64,000 bases of DNA, taken from contig OX337235.1 of assembly GCA_946965045.2 (NCBI GenBank), positions 3,100,001-3,164,000 on the forward strand. The letters are read 5' to 3'. Below the pieces are notes generated by a model that was given only the letters and a program-made list of their open reading frames with translations, was not told the origin of the DNA and did no database searches. Shown piece by piece: positions 35,486-46,476 of the stretch (positions are counted from its first letter, which is position 1; each line of letters begins with the position of its first letter). Origin of the DNA: Epithemia pelagica (lineage: Eukaryota > Protista > Bacillariophyta). Position numbers and translations under genes: made by a program.

Positions 35486-36994
35486 TCATTTCCGTGACTT
35501 CTTCTGGCGGGTTAGCGCCGGATTGTCGCGATTCGACTCGGGCTTGCGCTTTCCCGCAGGCTTGGCATCATCATCAGAACTATCGGACGATGAGTCATTA
35601 CCGCTGGCTCGAGATGGATCGCGCAATGGTGGCAAGCTCATTGAATTCTTCGCGAGAGCGGACAGGGCAGCGATGTTCCTCTGAAACTTCTTGGAAAAGA
35701 ACTTCATCTCTTTGGGCTTGCTGGAATCGCCCTTGCCCGTGCGATTCTCCCGCATTTCCTTCAGCTTCTTGCGCTGGGCGTGAGAAAGCTTCTGATATTC
35801 GTCTTTCTTATAATATCGGTCTTCTACATCGCCACTAGCCTTCCCCCCAGACTTAGTCTTACCAGAATTAGAATCAGTCTTGGTACTGATACTCGACACT
35901 TGAGACTGACTAGCCGATGGGCGCTGTGCTAAGAAATCCTTAAACAAGGAGACGGCACGGGTGAAATCGGCTTGTAGGGAATCATCCGACGTGATTCGCG
36001 TCTTCACCGCTTGAAATTGGTCGGTCTTGATTCCGTCCATCAGATGCCGAACCTTAGAACGGTCATCGATGCCAGGATGTACGCCCTGCTGGCGTAATCC
36101 TTCCAAGATCGCGTGTTGATTCACGTGAATCTTACAGTATTTCTCGAAGTTGAACCGCTTATGTTCACCGTTGTAACTCGTGTTCATAAGTTTCCGTTCA
36201 GCTTCGTTGGCCAAATTATTTGCGTTGTTCGGCCCTAAGTAATGGTCAAACAAGGCTTGATAAGCCGCTCGCCCGTCGCGATTTCGGCTCGCCTTGCGGA
36301 TGTAGGTGGAACAATCCATCCGTTCGCACATAGCGGACAAACGGATCCAAACCTTGGCTCGATCCTGCAAGTACTGACGGGTAAAACCGTCGTTCGGTCC
36401 GTTTCCAACACGGTGACGAGCGCGTGCAATCATCTCAGCCTCGTCGGACTCAAATCCGCCTTGCGGGTCAGCTCCGGGAAATTCGTCCGTCCGGATCACG
36501 TACGCCAAAGGTATACCGGACGTGCCTTGGCACTCGGCAAAGTACTCCTTAATCAACTCGATGTTCCGCGGCCAGTCACGATTGTCGAGCTCGGGTGCTT
36601 CCGGATCATCGTGCATGGTCTCATATTCTTTGAGGTCTCGCATAGGGCGAATGTTCGCCATCGTCAAATCGTTCGGCGTGGTGGCCCGATCGATGCGGAT
36701 ACGGTGGCGGACAAAGTAGCATGCCAACTTGAGATTCGTCTCGGCTAGGATAGAAACCTCAAAGCCTGGATTAGGGACAGGCGGCGGAGCTGCCACTCCT
36801 GCCGCAGCGGCAGGAGGAGCTTGGACACCACCGGGGCGACGGACGGCCTTACAGAGATTAGTGACGCCGTCGTCGTCCAAGTCGCGGAGATCTTCGGTCG
36901 AGGAGAGTCCTTGGCGGTCCACAAGGTACTGGGATGCCGGGTTGGAGAACTGGAGGCGGATGAATGCCTGGCGCATTGCAGCTGGAGCGGCCAT
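35486..36994 (-). CDS. gag: Copia gag
   Basis: 502-aa ORF upstream of and in frame with the protease ORF; GIPLAYVIR and YNGEHKRFNFEKY motifs typical of diatom copia gag; no CCHC knuckle seen. Confidence 0.85.
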   Translation of the reverse strand: MAAPAAMRQAFIRLQFSNPASQYLVDRQGLSSTEDLRDLDDDGVTNLCKAVRRPGGVQAPPAAAAGVAAPPPVPNPGFEVSILAETNLKLACYFVRHRIRIDRATTPNDLTMANIRPMRDLKEYETMHDDPEAPELDNRDWPRNIELIKEYFAECQGTSGIPLAYVIRTDEFPGADPQGGFESDEAEMIARARHRVGNGPNDGFTRQYLQDRAKVWIRLSAMCERMDCSTYIRKASRNRDGRAAYQALFDHYLGPNNANNLANEAERKLMNTSYNGEHKRFNFEKYCKIHVNQHAILEGLRQQGVHPGIDDRSKVRHLMDGIKTDQFQAVKTRITSDDSLQADFTRAVSLFKDFLAQRPSASQSQVSSISTKTDSNSGKTKSGGKASGDVEDRYYKKDEYQKLSHAQRKKLKEMRENRTGKGDSSKPKEMKFFSKKFQRNIAALSALAKNSMSLPPLRDPSRASGNDSSSDSSDDDAKPAGKRKPESNRDNPALTRQKKSRK

Positions 36995-37841
36995 GGTAAT
37001 CAGAAACAACAATCAACTCGTAACTTCTTGAAACACTTCCTCAAAAGTGAGCTTTCCAAGACGAGTTTTGCCATGATTTTAAACCATTACCTACGTAGAA
37101 CCACTACTGGGTTGCACACAATCCTTGATTGTTGCTCAAAATCGGTCGTGCCAGACCTAACCCACATGATCTTGGCCCTAATTGGCTAGATCCACATAGG
37201 AGCCCGGAAAAGTCCTTTCGTCGGTTCCACAAGACACCCGAACCACGTCTAGGTATATTTTGTCCTGCAGTGGAAGGCCTCACATGGAGCTAAGCTCATG
37301 TGCTCTCGGCCAGAGGGATAACAAACCGCAAAATGTGAGACAAGTCCCAAAGGGTTGCGATGCGACACTGTACTTATACCAAAATTCAGCACTGTGCAAC
37401 AATGAGTACCCCCCTTCCGTTGAGAAGGCATTTCATCCACATGAAGACTGGTCCCAGGAATATTCTCCGGACCATTTTCCCAGGGTAAAATGCGGATCAC
37501 ACATATAACTGGTTTTGGGATGCGTTCTGATTTCGAATTCCGCAACCATGGCGGATCTGGTTCACTGGGATGGATCCAGTAGGGAAGACCGTCGCCATTC
37601 CCCCAATCTGCGCACCTTTTCGCAGACAACGGTAGCGCCAAACAATAGTAACGTACCATTATCATTGTGCCTGCACGAGCCCATTCACAGGTGCAATAGG
37701 TCAACCAATGAGCCCCGACAGTTGGGTTATATCTGTCGGTTTGCCTTATAGGCTTGGGGCACTACGCCAACGGTCGCAGCCATCTGTCCAGGCATTGGAC
37801 CGTCTACTTCCATGTTATCGACCGGTTTGGGTCTGATTAAC

Positions 37842-37994
37842 TAAGAAAACCCGTCCGTTGAGCATACGGAGCACCGTCATGGGTGCACGGGTACAAAAGT
37901 CATTCCAAACAAAGAAGTGAACTAAAATATAGGTTACAGAGTCACTACTCCCTATCTTCTCGATTTTCATACGTACGACATACATACTTTCTTA
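37842..37994 (-). repeat. 5' LTR (153 bp)
   Basis: Identical to 31137-31289. Confidence 0.97.
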
Positions 37995-38337
37995 CGAGAA
38001 ATCCATCTCGACTTTTGGATTTTGGATTTTTGGATGTCAGACCATGACACAGATCGTCCAGAGGTCTCTCTGTATCTGTTCTCTCTCTCTCAGACTCAGA
38101 TCTCAATGTCCATCGGCAATGGACACGGCACACGCTCCTCGTATCGTATAGTCCTTCTCCTCGTAGAAATCCCAGAGCCGTTCAGGAAACAAACTGGTCC
38201 CAAGAAACGATGGTGAATCAGAAAAAAGGGGTGCTTTACAGTAAAAAGTGAATTGACGGACATGTTTGTCTTATGAGTATGGTGATGGGTTGAATGAAAT
38301 CCGACAATGCAATATAGTTGTCGAACTACATTACTTC

Positions 38338-39159
38338 TCACCACCATGAAGACGAAGCCGTCGCTGCCTGGCATTTTTCACAGTGGCAGGTAAATCCGTA
38401 CAACTCTGGGAGATCGTTGGCATGTGAGACATTATATGAGATCAACAGTTGTTCCCCAGCTGAAATGGTTCTCGCCGCCACAAGTCTATGAGGATTCAAA
38501 GGGTGAAAGATAACGTTGGGGACACAACTGTGATTGAACATACTGCAAATCGTATAGAGAGACATTCCAAAATGATCAGAAAACGCATTCGTTTTGAGTT
38601 TGTCATACAAGCGTAGACACTCTTCCGGATTCCAAATCGGACAGGCGGTCAAAGATGGACCATACGCTTGGGTGATCACCTGAAACAAATGACCCTTGAC
38701 AAAGTCGGCATCAGTTCCGTCCATAGAGGTATATCCAAGACAACGGAATGGAATGAAACGATCGGAAAAGGGCACATTGGAGGAAGTCTTCCATTTCAAG
38801 TCAGAGCCATGCTTGTGATAATGCACCTTGGAGGAAGTCTTCCATTTCAAGTCGGAGCCGTGCTTGTGAATATCAATGATACCTCCCACCATCTGGGCTA
38901 CCATATAGGCATCTGGTACCCATCCCAATGGAACTTTGGAGCCAACAAGAAGTGGAATATGATCGGATTTCTTTCGACTTTTAGATTTCTTTCGACTTTG
39001 AGCATGAAATAGCATGTCATTCGGAAACGATACCACTGGTACCTCGGTCAGAATCGTCTCGGCAAAATGAAAGGCTTTCTTGGCAAACAGCCCTTGTCCA
39101 AACTCCTTACTCCACTGAAGCTCCACAGAATCCTTTGCTAGCAGCTGAGAGAGAAACAT
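38338..39159 (-). CDS. SET-domain (SMYD-like) methyltransferase
   Basis: GQGLFAKKAF..AETILTE, NAF...SMFNHSCVPN, ISAGEQLLISY, YGFTCHCEKC. Start uncertain. Confidence 0.85.
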   Translation of the reverse strand: MFLSQLLAKDSVELQWSKEFGQGLFAKKAFHFAETILTEVPVVSFPNDMLFHAQSRKKSKSRKKSDHIPLLVGSKVPLGWVPDAYMVAQMVGGIIDIHKHGSDLKWKTSSKVHYHKHGSDLKWKTSSNVPFSDRFIPFRCLGYTSMDGTDADFVKGHLFQVITQAYGPSLTACPIWNPEECLRLYDKLKTNAFSDHFGMSLYTICSMFNHSCVPNVIFHPLNPHRLVAARTISAGEQLLISYNVSHANDLPELYGFTCHCEKCQAATASSSWW

Positions 39160-39582
39160 GGTGCACTCATTGTCGAAGGAGGATACAAATCGGGTGACTC
39201 GTCCCGAATAAGGATTCCACATGATGATGATGAACCAGAAAATGGTCCCTTTGATGGTTGCTCCGCAGTTTCACCGGAAATCCTGACCATACTACCTACC
39301 CGTCCTAGCAGAAACGCTTTGCCAGGTCGGATTTACTCCACGTATTACGCCTAGGAGTATATGGAGAAGAACGGCAGGAGTGTGTGCTGACTGAATGAAT
39401 CGAGGAGTAGCATTGTCGCAACAAAAAGCTTGTCCATGAATCGTCTGGTTCCTCGGACGAACGCGCAAACCACAATTTCCGTCCTCCTCGAACCGAACGA
39501 ATGGGTTGTTTCTGGTTGATTTTTAAAAAAAAAACGAAGGAGTTGTTGTCTTGTGAATTTTCGTACTGGCGTTTCCATCGGG

Positions 39583-39920
39583 CATGTTGGAAAACGTGGG
39601 AACGTTGGAATTTGTTTCCAATGGCTTGTGCATGCGCAAGAGGAAACGCCTTCCAAGCTCCCATACGAATACCTAGCCACTAGGTAGTCTACCAAGAATG
39701 TCCTTCCGATGGTACTCCTACAACAAACTGCGAAAGAAGGACGACTCGCATTCGGACCATGTTGGAAAACGTGGGAAGGGTTGAATTCGTTTCCAATGGC
39801 TTGCATATACGCAAAGGGAAACGCCTTGAAAGCTCCCATACCACCCAGCCACTACCGTCTACCAAGAATGCCCTTTCGATGGTACAAAACTGCGAAAGAA
39901 GGACGACTCCTCGCATTCGG
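39583..39920. repeat. Diverged tandem duplication, about 175-bp unit x2
   Basis: CATGTTGGAAAACGTGGG at 39583 and 39758; both units end in CGCATTCGGA. Confidence 0.8.
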
Positions 39921-40612
39921 ATGAGAACTGAGTCTACTAGACGCACAAACTGCTGCAGTTAGAAACAGGTAACGACGTTTTCGGAGGCACTGTTCTGGAC
40001 CGTCGCAAACTAGGTAGGTCCGATCATGGGGGTATATGATCTGCCATCCGCAAGAAAGCTACAGGAGTAAGATACCGGGGTAGCTTCTTTTCCATTCACG
40101 CAGATCCGGTACTCAAAGCGAAGGGGTTCGGAGTTCGAAAAGAAGCGGACACTGGAAATGCGAACACTGAGAGCGCACAGGGGGCTTCGATACAGTTTTT
40201 CAAGGAGTTTGTAGCGTGCCCTTTTCCATTTCGCCCCACCATAAAGTCCCGCGGTGTGTGTCGGTGCGCCATATGGGATGTGCCCAGCAGTCGCTCGAGC
40301 TTACACCGTTTTCCAGTTTCAGGCTTGTCATCGCATCATCCAGTTGTGCAACCGTCATCCACCTCGCCAGCTTATTCAAGAGCAGATACCTTTTGCGGCG
40401 TTTCTCTTCAACAGCACATCTGTAAGGGTTTTGTTTCATTTTGGGGGCAAGGACAGCCGATTGATTGACTGGTGTGTTGTTCTCAATACATAATCAATAC
40501 TCCAACAACAACCAGAGCTTTGTAGAGTTTGCTCTGCTCTTTTCCATTTGTAGAAAACAGTGCTGGCAATCCACACCGAAACGATCCATTGCTTTGACAC
40601 ACGCCCAAAAAA

Positions 40613-41820
40613 ATGAGTTGTCGCGTGTACAACGAGTTTTGGATTCAACTCTTGTTGCAATCGCCTCCTCAAGAGGGAACTGTCCAAGAGTATTATCGTC
40701 ACATTTGCCACTACAGTCAACGCGTGGCCTATATTGCACTGCTTCATGGGTTGGCGCTCGTGGGCTTGTATCGCTTGCTGGTGCAAGGCCAGTGCATGCT
40801 CGAAACTGTAGTATGGACCCTGATTCTCCTTCCACTCTGGTACGTTTCCAATGAGCGACTATGGGATGGAAACACTACTAGATTGTTCTGATTCAGATTT
40901 TCTCACTCTCGATATTTTGGATTTTGGTCTTGTTGTGGTTTTGTTTCTGTTTTGCACACAGTGAATTGGGTTGGACCATGGGGGCGCACCGGTACTGGGC
41001 CCATCACTCGTTCCAAGCCTCGTGGGTGGTACGATTGATATTAATGTTGTGTCAGTCCATGGCCCATCAAGGCTGTCTCTATGATTGGGTGGTGCGTCAT
41101 CGATTGCATTGCAAATATCGTCATTCCTGGGCCGATCCCCATTGCTATACAAAATCCCTCTTTTTGGGCAACCAACCACCCACACCCCACCCATCATGGT
41201 CGGCCAAGAATCCACCACCACCATTGCACTATTCCTACGACTTGCATCGTTTCATTTGGGACGCGCAACGGACCTTGGATTGTTCCGATGTCTGGGACGA
41301 TGGTCTCGTTCAATGGCAAGCCCGGTGGTACCCGTGGATTTCCCCCTATTTGGCCTTTTGCTTTCCCGCTCAAGTGGCCGTACATGCCTGGGGCGAAAGT
41401 GTCTGGACTGCCATCCTGGTGGCCGGAGTCTTGCGTCATGTCGTGGCATGGCATTGGACCCATTCGTGGTTAAGACTGTCGGAATCCTCCACCTCTGGTT
41501 GGAGGACGGATAGAACTCGGTTCGTGCCTCCCACTACTGCCGATCAGCGCTCCAAATCCCCCAATCACACAAAGACCGTTGCCGCTGTACCACCATTCCA
41601 CCATCATTGGAGTCCATCGACGGTCGTGTTGAATGGATTGCAATTGCTGGGATTGGTGTGGGACGTGCAGCCGACGCGTGCATATGGGAACCTGGTCCTT
41701 CCCCAACCATCACCACGTCCCGAGTTAACCGCCAGTACTGCCACCCCCACGGAACAACCAGCGGGACCCACCAAGGGTGGCGGCTTTGGCGTCCCACCAC
41801 GACACGGTCAAACCTTGTAG
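40613..41820 (+). CDS. Delta-9 acyl-CoA desaturase-like membrane protein (2 exons), degenerate His boxes
   Basis: GT-AG intron 40840-40961 keeps frame. TMGAHRYWAHHSF, W..RHRLHCKY...ADPH and terminal LGLVWD match the stearoyl-CoA desaturase pattern. Confidence 0.75.
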
Positions 41821-41930
41821 CACTGTATCCATTGTGGTCTCTCGGCCCCCGATGCACGTGCCGTGTGTCTCACAACCGTCTCCAAGACTATTGGAAAAAG
41901 GACACTCCACGAAGCAGTGCCACACGACGA

Positions 41931-42510
41931 CCATTTTGGATCACCAGCGCTTTTCTGTTGCAGAATGCAACGGAATGTCCGTGTTGGGAAAGGAGGAGCA
42001 GTCTCGAGATGTGACCACTCCACAACTCAAGTTTTCCCAACTACCAGTCTCCAAATACTCTTCAACAAGAAACGACAAGACACTGACCCAGATCCACGAC
42101 TCTGGGGAATCTACTGTTTCAAGGACAGTCGTGCTTGCCAGTTGTGGTTCGGGTTCCTCCTTTGAGGCACTGGACCGGTGAACTTTTGGGATAAGAGCGT
42201 GTTTAGAAGTTACATTCTTTCGTCAACAAGGTTTTCCTTTGAGATATCCTCGACCATCTTGGATCACCAGCGCTTGTCTTGCCTGATCACCAGCGCTTGT
42301 CTTGCCTGTTGTCTGTACCAGGCAATGAGCGCGCCCATGATGGCCACTCCGCTCTCCCAACTACCAGTCTCCGAATACTCTGCAACAACAAACAACAAGT
42401 CAATGACCTAGATCCACTACGCTTGGTAGTCTACTGTTTCAAGGACAGCTAGAGTGTTACTCGTACTTGCCAGGTGTGGTTCGGATTCCTCCTTTGAGAC
42501 CGGTGAAATC
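41931..42510. repeat. Diverged tandem duplication, about 323-bp unit x2
   Basis: CCAT(T/C)TTGGATCACCAGCGC at 41931 and 42254; shared CCCAACTACCAGTCTCC and TCTACTGTTTCAAGGACAG blocks. Confidence 0.8.
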
Positions 42511-42530
42511 CCGGGACCATGACTTGCTTC

Positions 42531-43049
42531 TTACACAAACCCTAGCCCTCTTTCTTCCACCAGGTTTCCTTTCAGATATCCTTGAACATAACGAACTTTG
42601 CCATTGATTTGTTTGGCAGCCATGACTTGTTCCCGTCCCATCTTTTCCATCGTGAATCCCGATCGAACAAAGTCCTTGTCAGTCTGTAAAAAGATGTAGT
42701 CCGCATGTTCCATCCAGTCCATGGTGCCAAACAAGACAAGCTTTCCTCCCTTGTAGGCAGCATGCTTCATCTTTTGTAAGGCACACTGATAGACTTTGGC
42801 TTTGCATTTGGCATTGAAATGAATGTAGCGAAAGTACCGAAAAATAGTCTTGCGAGGATCCCCGGGGGATCGTTCCAAGGTCGGATGTAACTCACAAATG
42901 GCCTCGACAATCAATTCATCCCCATCTACTACATTGTGGTACCGACGGGCCATCCAGGTTTTGCCACTGCCCGGTGTGGCATAGACCAACGTGCCCCAAT
43001 ATTTGGAGGGTACCGTCAATTCGGGATTGGCCAGCATGATCAAAACCAT
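42531..43049 (-). CDS. Small P-loop NTPase/kinase-like protein
   Basis: LVYATPGSGKT Walker A followed by VVDGDE; about 172 aa. Confidence 0.65.
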   Translation of the reverse strand: MVLIMLANPELTVPSKYWGTLVYATPGSGKTWMARRYHNVVDGDELIVEAICELHPTLERSPGDPRKTIFRYFRYIHFNAKCKAKVYQCALQKMKHAAYKGGKLVLFGTMDWMEHADYIFLQTDKDFVRSGFTMEKMGREQVMAAKQINGKVRYVQGYLKGNLVEERGLGFV

Positions 43050-44007
43050 TGTCACGTTTGCAAATTCTAGCTAGTAGAATGCCTAAGAGAAAGATTCATT
43101 TTCATTGTCATGGAGAGAAACCATTTTCGTGAGTATTCCATCTCAAACGTGTTTGGTCCAAGAAAGCGCCTCCTCTTACCTTGAGTATCGTTGAGTCCGA
43201 AAAACTATGAGTGGATGTTCCAATCATGGTCAAATATATAATACGAGTACTCCTATACGATATACGATATACGATACTATATCCACGATAGCTATGGCTC
43301 TTGCGGGAAGAGATCCACTTGGAATTGTTCATACATTCAACTGCTTGGGATTGCCGGATGGGTTACGCCATTATTATAAGGCAATATAGCATTCCCAGCG
43401 GTCCACCTGTCTTGCCGTGGCCAATGCGGTTCACGTGACGTATGTTGGAGACGTGAAATGACGTTGACAAAATATTGCCATTTGTCATCTACCATACGTC
43501 TCTGCTTCCTCCTAGCTAGGAGTAGGAGCAGTTCCTTTCCCCGTTATTGTCTTTTCCTTCCTGGGCCTCAACCCGTATGGTCATCCTTGATGGAGTACTT
43601 GGAACTATTCCACCCCCTCCCAAACGCCATTCTCTTGGTTGAAGTCCCTGAACTACAATGATTGGAGTGTCGCCAGTTTCTCCATACTCCAGACGAGTTC
43701 CTACCGCTATTGCTTCTCGGAGGAGCACGACGCCCACATACTGCTTGACCAAAACCAATCTCGTTCTACTCCCAAAGGATATGCCAGAAATGAATTCTAC
43801 GCGTTATTGCCAGAGAGCCTGCACTAAACATGAACGCGCGGCTACTCATAGGAGTATACGTTTCCATATTTGCGTCACGTCGAAACTTCTGACGTGACGT
43901 AATGCGAATGGTCATCTACATTCGTCGATATACGTCAAGAGGTATCTTTCAATCTTTCAACTCGCATTTTTCTGCTCCGTCCCACAACAACGATACGCTC
44001 CAGCACC

Positions 44008-44520
44008 ATGTATGGCACAAACAGTTTCGATTTTGGCAAGACGGTTGTCTTGTTGTCCTGTATCTTCCATGTCATTATGATGTATTGGATTGCCGTGGAT
44101 CCCTATTCGGTTGTTACCTCTCCTCACGGGGGAGGATGGTGGGCGCCCTTGCAGCAGCAACTGGTTGTTGACAGCACGGATACAGACACAACCCGTAATC
44201 ATCATCCAGTGGCACTCTATCCACGCATGTGGGCCACTGGCTTGGCGTTGCAATTGGCCGTGCGAGTCAATTGGGTCTTTACGGTCGAAACGACACCCTC
44301 CCTCTACCGGTGTGTCTTGCTCACATATGCCTTACCCTTGGTCCAGTACCTGTGGGAATCTTGCTATTTTGAGACTCTACCGCCCTTGGACGCTGGAATG
44401 GTCTCCTTTCTGGTCCTTCCCTGGTTGGCCATTTTGGTAGGATATCCCCGATACACTCGGGAAGCCTCGGACAAGGGCAACAACAACCACAATAACATGG
44501 GAGCCACCAAACAAGACTAA
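44008..44520 (+). CDS. Small multi-pass membrane protein, Erg28-like
   Basis: PRMWAT...AVR...SLYRCVLLTYAL..YLWE..FET pattern resembles Erg28 (RTFGTW...R...LY.L..TY..AL.HF..E...F.T). By-eye match only. Confidence 0.5.
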   Translation: MYGTNSFDFGKTVVLLSCIFHVIMMYWIAVDPYSVVTSPHGGGWWAPLQQQLVVDSTDTDTTRNHHPVALYPRMWATGLALQLAVRVNWVFTVETTPSLYRCVLLTYALPLVQYLWESCYFETLPPLDAGMVSFLVLPWLAILVGYPRYTREASDKGNNNHNNMGATKQD

Positions 44521-45439
44521 ATATGATGAAGACACACTCTTCCCCTCACGCGAAAGACTCGGATGACAGTTTCCTATATCTGCCGTTATGTCTGTTCTGG
44601 CTGGTTGGACGGACTGTACCGGAAGATTCGCCCTCCTCGAGACACTTCTCACACAATAATGGGAGGCGAGTTTGTTTCGGCCCACAGAGTGACGCACTCG
44701 TTTTGTATATTGTATAGAGCTGGGTTTCCCTCGGTTTGGAGACAGCAAACGGTTTGAGGGAATTTAGCTAAAGCACTGTGTACTTTCTCAATCTCCCAGC
44801 ATACGAACACACAAGAGAAAACCACCAACCATGGCACACCCACATTTGATTTTTGTCGAGTGGAAGCGGAAGATACCAATGCTCCTCTTCATTTCATGAA
44901 TGAGTATCTCCCTCCAACGAGAATGTACTAACTTGGTAATTAAAGAAACTGTTGGCATGTATGATTGAAAGCTTTTGATAGGTCAAGACATGAAATGAAC
45001 GAGGTGGAACAACGACATTCGGCACGTTCGCAATCTTGCCACAAAGACCATGTTTGTGGACGCTGCAGTGACGGACGGGGAATCCTGAGAAGGGATCTTT
45101 GTTTTGTTCCGTCCAGAATATATGGGTATACATGTACACCACCTTCATATTGTCTACAGAGTAGACTACGGTAAAACTTATAGAAAAGAAATCTCAAGTT
45201 ACGACCAAGTCTTGATCACAGTGTCCTTTGTTCACTGTATCGCATGAATACGAGAGTCCATGATGAGGAGGGAGCTAGCACGACATGAGTATACTTCACG
45301 CTACAACAATACACAGTTTTAACACATATTTGAATCCCTATTTTAGTTCTTGGTTAGTTCTGCTTTGATACTCCGCATACAGCACCGTACATAGATACTA
45401 CAGGTCATTTTCGTGGCGGCTTTCTACGACACTACACGT

Positions 45440-46341
45440 TTAGGCAAACCATCCCACCATATCATCCAAGACGGCCGTCAACATGAGGAGGGCCACGGCA
45501 TCGGCACCGGGCGCAATGCACAAATCCCATCCCGCGACACGTTGATTGGATCGCTTGGACATGACGGCGTAGCAAATGTCCCGATCGTTGGGATCGACCA
45601 CGAGGTTGTCGCCCTTGCGAGGAGGAATGAGTTTGCCTGTCTTTTCATTGGGCAATCGGGAGGCGGGGAAGATGCGGAGGTAGGGTTGGTAGTTGTGACC
45701 ATTCCAAATGAGGAGGGAGCGGAAATGCAAGTGCGAGTCGTCAATGTCGCGAACCTTGTACATGGGGTAAAAACCGACACCATTCTCCGTTTCGGCCGGA
45801 GATTCACCGGGGAACATGGGGCCACGGCCGTAAATAAAGTAGGCCTTGTTGATTCTCAACTTTTCTTGAACGGCAAGAGCAATCTATTCATGTGGGAGGA
45901 GGGAACAACGTAACAAGGAGTGTTTATGGGCAAGAGGTGAGATCTCGGTTTCTCTGTGGATGCATTTCACACATTGACTCCAACACAACTGTGCAAACGT
46001 ACCGGATGTTCATCCTTATCTTTCAAGACGATACGGTTGCGTCCCAAGATACTGGCATCTTCACAAATGTGCGCACCGTCGGCAAATTGTTCTCCATCGG
46101 ACGACAAGATACTAAAGACATCCTTGCGATTGAACCACTTGTGTTTGCCGTGTTCAATCGTCAACTTGATGATACTGCCCTCTTGCATGCACGGACCAAT
46201 ATCGCCACCTGGGGGCATCAAGTACTTGCCCTTGTTGAGTTCCGGCAAGGGCAAGACCTTTTCGGCCATTTCCTTTTCACTGGGAAATCCAGCCACATTG
46301 TTCAACATATGGTCGGTTGCTTCGACTTGACCGGCCACCAT
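45440..46341 (-). CDS. LURP-one-related / Tubby C-terminal-like protein (2 exons)
   Basis: Phase-0 GT-AG intron 46002-45884 joins DEHP to IALAVQEK. The C-terminus IAPGADAVALLMLTAVLDDM is typical of the LOR family. Confidence 0.7.
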
Positions 46342-46476
46342 GATTCTGCTTGTTTTGGGGTAATGCTCTTGCTGACACTCTTTGGAGGAAACGCTGTACG
46401 AAGCTGCTGCTGTTTGCAATGAGCACAAGTGAAGATGAGGACGACGACGACGACAACTACCAAACAAGATTTACAA

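Larger units (their letters stand above)
31137..37994 (-). mobile_element. Ty1/copia (diatom CoDi-like) LTR retrotransposon, full length
   Basis: Identical 153-bp LTRs, CGAG duplicated at 31133-31136 and 37995-37998, PPT GAGGGGA next to the 3' LTR, and domain order gag-PR-IN-RT-RH. Confidence 0.97.

Noticed and set aside
43458-43897. Short plus-strand ORFs upstream of the Erg28-like gene
   Set aside because: Fragmented across frames with no identifiable domain.
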